Shown: in pieces, positions 59,073 to 64,000 of the stretch
Layout of the letters: each line of letters begins with the position of its first letter
Numbering within the stretch: the stretch's first letter is position 1
Origin: Thermodesulfobacteriota bacterium
GTDB taxonomy: Bacteria; Desulfobacterota_D; UBA1144
Assembly: GCA_036337225.1 (NCBI GenBank)
Contig: JAYZEP010000006.1
Coordinates: 161,802-225,801 of the forward strand
Reading direction: 5' to 3'
DNA length: 64,000 nucleotides
Translations under genes and position numbers: made by a program
The notes under the pieces: model-generated
What the model was told of the DNA's origin: nothing
Databases searched by the model: none
The model's input: only the letters and a program-made list of their open reading frames with translations

Positions 59073-60017
59073 ATGAGAAACACAAAAATTTTTTCTGGAA
59101 CATCTAGCATTAAGCTAAGTAAGGCCATATGTAAAAAATTAAAAATCAACCTGGGAAGTTTAGAAATTAAACGATTCAGTGATGGTGAGATTTTTGTAGA
59201 AATAGATGAAAGCGTAAGAGGACGCAATGCATATGTAATACAGTCAACTTCCGCTCCCGTAAATGAAAATTTTATGGAACTCTTTATTATTGTCGACGCA
59301 CTAAGAAGAGCGGCAGCCAACGAGATAACGGCTATCATTCCTTATTTTGGCTATTCACGGCAAGATAGGAAAGTTTCTGACAGATCCCCAATAACAGCCA
59401 AGCTCGTATCCGATTTGTTAATTAAATCTGGAATCAAGAAGGTTATTATGATGGACTTGCATGCAGGGCAAATACAAGGATTTTTTGATGTGCCGGTTGA
59501 TCATTTGTATGCTAGACCAATTGCAATAAACCACTTTAAGAAAAAATTTAGAAATAAAGACTTCGTAATTGGATCTCCAGATGCGGGTGGTATGGAACGA
59601 GCAAGGGTCTTCGCAAAGAAGTTAAATGATGCCGATCTAGTAATGACGGATAAAAGACGTCCTGGGCCAAATGTGGCGGAAATAACGAATGTCATAGGTA
59701 ACGTACGAAAAAAGAATGTCATTCTTATCGATGATTTAATTGATACGGGTGGTACAGCCGTCAAATCTGCAGAGGCTCTTATCAAAGCCGGGGCAAAAAC
59801 TGTATCTATGTTTTGTACCCACGGTGTCCTTTCGGGTGATGCCGTAAAGAATATTGAAAATTCTCATATTGAGGAACTTATAATTACTGATACAATAAAT
59901 AACCAAGAAAAGTTAAAAGGTTCTGGGAAAATAAAGGTATTGTCTGTTGCTGATTTAATTGCTGAAGCAATAAAAAGAATTGTAAGCAATAAATCCATCA
60001 GTGAGTTATTTTCGTAG
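59073..60017 (+). CDS. prs: ribose-phosphate pyrophosphokinase
   Basis: 314 aa. FSDGEI, YFGYSRQDRK, DLHAGQIQGFF, and ILIDDLIDTGGT. Confidence 0.95.
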   Translation: MRNTKIFSGTSSIKLSKAICKKLKINLGSLEIKRFSDGEIFVEIDESVRGRNAYVIQSTSAPVNENFMELFIIVDALRRAAANEITAIIPYFGYSRQDRKVSDRSPITAKLVSDLLIKSGIKKVIMMDLHAGQIQGFFDVPVDHLYARPIAINHFKKKFRNKDFVIGSPDAGGMERARVFAKKLNDADLVMTDKRRPGPNVAEITNVIGNVRKKNVILIDDLIDTGGTAVKSAEALIKAGAKTVSMFCTHGVLSGDAVKNIENSHIEELIITDTINNQEKLKGSGKIKVLSVADLIAEAIKRIVSNKSISELFS

Positions 60018-60025
60018 GGGATAGA

Positions 60026-60697
60026 ATGGTTAGCATCGAATTCACAGTTACAAAGAGGGAAGTCCTTGGAAAAGGGGCAAGTAAGAGGTTTAGAAAAACT
60101 GGCCTAATTCCTGCAGTAGTATACGGAAAGAACAAGGAGAACCTAAATATTGCTGTTGATTTTTTAAAATTCAAAAAAGCCTTAAAGACTGAAGCTGGTG
60201 AAAATACTATAATCGAAATGCACGTACAGGATTCAGATATCAAGAAGAAAGTTCTTTTAAAGGAAGCTCATCTAGATACGCTAACAAGCAATCCTCTACA
60301 TTTTGATTTTTACGAGATAAGCGAAGGGGAGCAGGTCGCAATCTCTTGCCCACTCAAATTTAATGGAAGACCTGAGGGAGTAAAGAGTGGTGGCGTAATC
60401 CAAACACTAGCCACTGAAGTTAAAGTCGAATGTCTTCCTGAGAACATACCCAATGAGATTGAAATTGAAATATCCCATATGGAGATAGGTGACACATTAA
60501 AAGTTGAAGATCTTCCTGTATTAAATGGAGTAAATATTATCTCAAATCCTAACAATACCGTTATTAGCATATTAACCCCTAGGTTGATAATGGAAACTGA
60601 AGAGGTTACAGCTAGCGAGGAAGGTGGGTCCGAAGAAGAAACAGCAAGCAAATCCGAAGAAGAAACAACTGAAAGTGATACAGAAGAAGGAAACTAA
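60026..60697 (+). CDS. rplY: 50S ribosomal protein L25 / general stress protein Ctc
   Basis: 223 aa. GKGASKRFRKTGLIPAVVYG N-terminus, a Ctc-type second domain and an acidic C-terminal tail. Confidence 0.92.
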   Translation: MVSIEFTVTKREVLGKGASKRFRKTGLIPAVVYGKNKENLNIAVDFLKFKKALKTEAGENTIIEMHVQDSDIKKKVLLKEAHLDTLTSNPLHFDFYEISEGEQVAISCPLKFNGRPEGVKSGGVIQTLATEVKVECLPENIPNEIEIEISHMEIGDTLKVEDLPVLNGVNIISNPNNTVISILTPRLIMETEEVTASEEGGSEEETASKSEEETTESDTEEGN

Positions 60698-60704
60698 AAC
60701 AACT

Positions 60705-61268
60705 TTGTTGGTGGGACTTGGAAATCCTGGAAGCAAGTATAATGCAACCAGGCACAATATTGGTTTTTCTTTTCTAGATTCTTTAGCACAACAAACATTA
60801 ACAGATATCAACAAGTCAAAGTTCTTTTCGTTATATGGTCAATATACAAAAGAAAGTCATAATTTTATTTTAAGCAAGCCTCAGACATTTATGAATAATA
60901 GCGGGAAGGCTGTTAAATCCATTAAGGACTTCTTTAAAATCAGTACTGATAAAATAATCATTATTTTTGATGATTTAGATTTAAATATTGGTCAAATTAG
61001 AATTAAAGTTGGTGGAAGCTCTGGGGGGCATAACGGGATAAATTCTATCATAGAACATCTTTCTGATAACAATTTTATTAGAATAAGAATTGGAATAGGT
61101 AAGCCCAGAGACAAATCAGCTATTGATAACTATGTCCTATCTAGATTTCTTCCAGATGAGGCCATAGCAGTAGGCAAAATCACCAATATTGCGGATGAAA
61201 TTGTACATAATGTCGTTTTTGACGGTATTTCATTTGCAATGAACAAATTTAACAGTAGAATTCAATGA
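60705..61268 (+). CDS. pth: peptidyl-tRNA hydrolase
   Basis: LLVGLGNPGSKYNATRHNIGF at the N-terminus. Start placed at the in-frame TTG 60705 (TTG 60708 or GTG 60711 also possible), just after the rplY stop with GAAGGA upstream. The track's ATG at 60624 would overlap rplY by 74 nt. Confidence 0.88.
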   Translation: MLVGLGNPGSKYNATRHNIGFSFLDSLAQQTLTDINKSKFFSLYGQYTKESHNFILSKPQTFMNNSGKAVKSIKDFFKISTDKIIIIFDDLDLNIGQIRIKVGGSSGGHNGINSIIEHLSDNNFIRIRIGIGKPRDKSAIDNYVLSRFLPDEAIAVGKITNIADEIVHNVVFDGISFAMNKFNSRIQ

Positions 61269-61307
61269 ATATTATCTAACTAGATAATCAGCGATAGGGA
61301 GGAGCTT

Positions 61308-63353
61308 ATGGATTTATCAACTCAGTTTGTTACTTACGGTGGGATTATACTTGCTGTTCTCGGTTTAATTTACGCCCAAGTTACATATTCAAATTTAAAA
61401 TCAATGCCAAGAGGAAATGACACTCAGAAGAAACTTGGCGTAACAATCTACAATGGTGCAATGTCATTTATTAAGCAGGAATACAAATACATAGTTATAT
61501 TTGTAGCTGTTGTTGGCTCTGGATTGTTTTTTTATTTTGGCAAAGAAACTGCCATTGCATATTTTGCAGGAGCACTTTTATCCATGACTTGTGGATGGGC
61601 TGGAATGACATCAGCATGTATTGCTAATAGTAGAACTGCTGAGGCTGCTTCTACAAGTGGTCAAGGTCCTGCTTTAGTAACCGCTTTTAAAGGCGGAAGC
61701 GTAATGGGTTTTTCCGTAGCTAGTTTAGGCTTGCTAGGATTAGCAGTAGTTTTTGCTATTTATTTTTATCTTAATCCTGCTACTAATCAAAGTTTATTAG
61801 ATTTTGCAACGCATATAGGTGGCTTTGCAATGGGAGCAAGCTCCGTAGCACTTTTTGCTAGAGTTGGTGGAGGAATCTACACAAAGGCTGCAGATGTTGG
61901 AGCAGATTTAGTAGGAAAAGTTGAAGCAGGAATTCCTGAAGATGACCCAAGGAACCCTGCAACAATAGCTGACAATGTTGGTGACAACGTTGGTGATGTA
62001 GCTGGCATGGGAGCAGATTTGTTTGAATCTTATGTAGGAAGCGTTATAGCAACGATTGTTATCGCTTCAAGCTTTGCTCTTTCTAGTGAAGTCAAGCTTG
62101 CGTACTATGCTTTTCCAATAATTCTTATTATTGTTGGGACACTAGCATCATTTGTTGGAACAAAAGTTGTAGATATACTACAAAAATCAGAACCGTCTGG
62201 TGTGTTAAGAAAAGCTTCGCTAACTGCTGGAATTCTTTTTCTTGTATTTGGCTATTTTTCTTTAAACATTGTTGGGGGAAGTGTTGGAATAACAGAAGGT
62301 GATATACTTAGCGTTTTTCTTTGTTCAATAGTCGGGCTATTGTCAGGATCTACAATTGGAATGATTACAGAATACTATACTTCAGGTAAACCAATCCAAG
62401 ATATTGCCGATGCGTCAGATCGTGGTGGAGTTGCAACAAATATAATCAGTGGACTTTCTGTTGGTATGTTAAGTACAGCTCTCCCGGTAATTGTAATAGT
62501 CTTAGCTATCGTTCTTTCGTATCTAAGCTTTGAACTTTATGGTATTGGTATAGCTGCTGTTAGCATGCTAGCAACAATTGGTATCACCATGTCAGTGGAC
62601 GCTTATGGTCCAATAGCTGATAATGCTGGTGGTATTGCAGAAATGGCTCATTTGGGTCCTGAAGTAAGAAAAATTACTGACAAACTAGACTCTCTAGGTA
62701 ACACTACAGCCGCAATAGGTAAAGGGTTTGCAATAGGTTCAGCCGCATTAACTGCTCTAACTCTATTTGTTGCTTTTGCAGCAGCTTCAAAATTAGAGGT
62801 TGTTAATCTTACAGATCCTAAAGTAGTTGCTGGGTTGTTGCTCGGTGGCATGGTCCCTTATCTTTTTGGAGCATTAACAATGGGAGCTGTTGGTAGAGCT
62901 GCCGAAGGTATGGTTCAAGAAGTAAGAAGACAATTTAGAGAAATAAAAGGAATAATGGAAGGTGAAACAGAACCAGACTACGCTTCTTGTATTAAAATTA
63001 GTACGGAATCTTCTCTAAAAGAAATGGTAGTTCCAGGAATTTTAGCTGTCATCTGTCCTTTAGTTATAGGCTTTTTATTGGAGCCAAAAGGATTAGCTGG
63101 ATTTTTAGCTGGTGCTCTTATTTCGGGAGTAACCCTTGCTCTTATGATGGCAAATTCCGGTGGTGCTTGGGATAATGCAAAAAAATATATAGAGGAAGGA
63201 AATGTTGGAGGTAAAGGATCAGAGGCTCATAAAGCTGCCGTTGTTGGCGACACTATTGGTGATCCATTTAAAGATACATCCGGTCCTGCCATGAATATTT
63301 TAATAAAACTGATGACAATTGTGTCTTTAGTTTGTGCACCATTGTTCTTATAA
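61308..63353 (+). CDS. hppA: membrane-integral pyrophosphatase (K+-dependent type by motif)
   Basis: 681 aa. [59 protein letters not shown], and [16 protein letters not shown]. Confidence 0.95.
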   Translation: MDLSTQFVTYGGIILAVLGLIYAQVTYSNLKSMPRGNDTQKKLGVTIYNGAMSFIKQEYKYIVIFVAVVGSGLFFYFGKETAIAYFAGALLSMTCGWAGMTSACIANSRTAEAASTSGQGPALVTAFKGGSVMGFSVASLGLLGLAVVFAIYFYLNPATNQSLLDFATHIGGFAMGASSVALFARVGGGIYTKAADVGADLVGKVEAGIPEDDPRNPATIADNVGDNVGDVAGMGADLFESYVGSVIATIVIASSFALSSEVKLAYYAFPIILIIVGTLASFVGTKVVDILQKSEPSGVLRKASLTAGILFLVFGYFSLNIVGGSVGITEGDILSVFLCSIVGLLSGSTIGMITEYYTSGKPIQDIADASDRGGVATNIISGLSVGMLSTALPVIVIVLAIVLSYLSFELYGIGIAAVSMLATIGITMSVDAYGPIADNAGGIAEMAHLGPEVRKITDKLDSLGNTTAAIGKGFAIGSAALTALTLFVAFAAASKLEVVNLTDPKVVAGLLLGGMVPYLFGALTMGAVGRAAEGMVQEVRRQFREIKGIMEGETEPDYASCIKISTESSLKEMVVPGILAVICPLVIGFLLEPKGLAGFLAGALISGVTLALMMANSGGAWDNAKKYIEEGNVGGKGSEAHKAAVVGDTIGDPFKDTSGPAMNILIKLMTIVSLVCAPLFL

Positions 63354-63354
63354 A

Positions 63355-64000
63355 ATGAGTTCACTTAGCTGCGGTATTGTTGGATTACCTAACGTCGGCA
63401 AATCAACTATTTTTTCGGCTCTTACAAATGCCGCAGCTGAAAGTGCAAACTACCCTTTCACAACAATAGAACCAAATATAGCTGTAGTCGATATTCCGGA
63501 CGAGAGATTAAGCAATCTTCACAAACTCTTAAATTCAGAGAAAAATATACCTGCATCTTTAAAATTTGTTGATATAGCAGGGTTAGTAAAGGGGGCAAGT
63601 GATGGAGAAGGTTTAGGTAATAAATTTCTTGCAAACATAAGAGAAGTTGACGCAATAGCTCATGTATTAAGATGTTTTGGAGGTGACACAACACACGTCT
63701 TAGAAACAGTGGATCCCATTAGAGATTTAGAGATAATTAATCTAGAATTGGCAATTAGTGATTTACAAATTCTAGAGAAGAGAATATTAAAACTTGATAA
63801 GATTAAAAAGAGTGGTGACAAAGAAGCATTAAGGGAGTACGAAATAGTAAATGAAATCATTGATCTTTTAAATAAAAATGAAAGTCTGAATATAAATGCT
63901 AACTTTGAGAAAAACGATTTACAGATTGTAAAAAGGTTAAATTTAATCTCTACAAAACCAATGATGTATGTACTAAATTATGGGACAACATCAATTGAAG
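63355..64000 (+). CDS. ychF: ribosome-binding ATPase YchF (5' part, runs off the right edge)
   Basis: Hand-translated as [65 protein letters not shown]. Absent from the ORF track because no stop lies in the window. Confidence 0.92.
   Translation, partial: MSSLSCGIVGLPNVGKSTIFSALTNAAAESANYPFTTIEPNIAVVDIPDERLSNLHKLLNSEKNIPASLKFVDIAGLVKGASDGEGLGNKFLANIREVDAIAHVLRCFGGDTTHVLETVDPIRDLEIINLELAISDLQILEKRILKLDKIKKSGDKEALREYEIVNEIIDLLNKNESLNINANFEKNDLQIVKRLNLISTKPMMYVLNYGTTSIE

Noticed and set aside
60629-60667. 15-nt direct repeat TCCGAAGAAGAAACA (60629-60643 and 60653-60667).
   Set aside because: It is an in-frame duplication encoding SEEET twice within the acidic low-complexity tail of L25/Ctc. 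It is not a regulatory or mobile-element repeat.
60624-60704. Lys-rich N-terminal extension of pth (MGPKKKQQANPKKKQLKVIQKKETKTT) starting at ATG 60624.
   Set aside because: It is the alternative-frame reading of the GA-rich DNA that encodes the acidic L25 tail. Canonical Pth begins right at LLVGLGNPG, and in-frame TTG/TTG/GTG codons with GAAGGA upstream follow the rplY stop. It cannot be fully excluded without proteomics.

Overview
AT-rich window (about one-third G+C by eye) of very tightly packed bacterial housekeeping genes. By my own coordinate tally only about 1.3 kb (about 2%) lies outside called CDSs, and the largest gap is 84 nt. I see no rRNA, tRNA, CRISPR array, transposase, integrase or recognisable defence or toxin-antitoxin gene. 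Everything from 125 to 19184 is on the minus strand. Main content:
- A complete alternative complex III locus (actABCDEF) plus an untracked 49-aa ORF.
- A bcp-DUF59-tpx redox trio.
- Many biosynthetic and translation genes: purM, bioD, queG, aroK, ribE, lspA, greA, carB, thiC, tsaD, gltB, thiD, folD, hspQ, folK, thiSG, fmt, nadK, aroC, queA, argG, pgeF, rluD, birA.
- secA, smc and a PpiD-like chaperone.
- prfB with its programmed +1 frameshift. The ORF track misses the first 22 codons.
- The rod-shape cluster mreBCD-mrdA-rodA.
- efp-prs-rplY-pth-(hppA)-ychF.

Local synteny (carB-greA, rluD-pgeF, prs-rplY-pth-ychF) looks proteobacterial-like, but taxonomy cannot be established from here.

I do not see a convincing novel multi-gene system. 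The most unusual items are:
1. An EF-P whose conserved PGKG tip loop is replaced by MQQR.
2. A 491-aa secreted protein made of four tandem roughly 90-aa modules directly upstream of mreB.
3. Three small membrane ORFs translationally coupled to actF, secA and a GYD gene.
4. A 123-aa orphan with a PD-(D/E)xK-like pattern.
5. Convergent genes that share or overlap their stop codons on TTAA palindromes.

All functional calls come from motif and family recognition by eye in the supplied translations. No database search was run.
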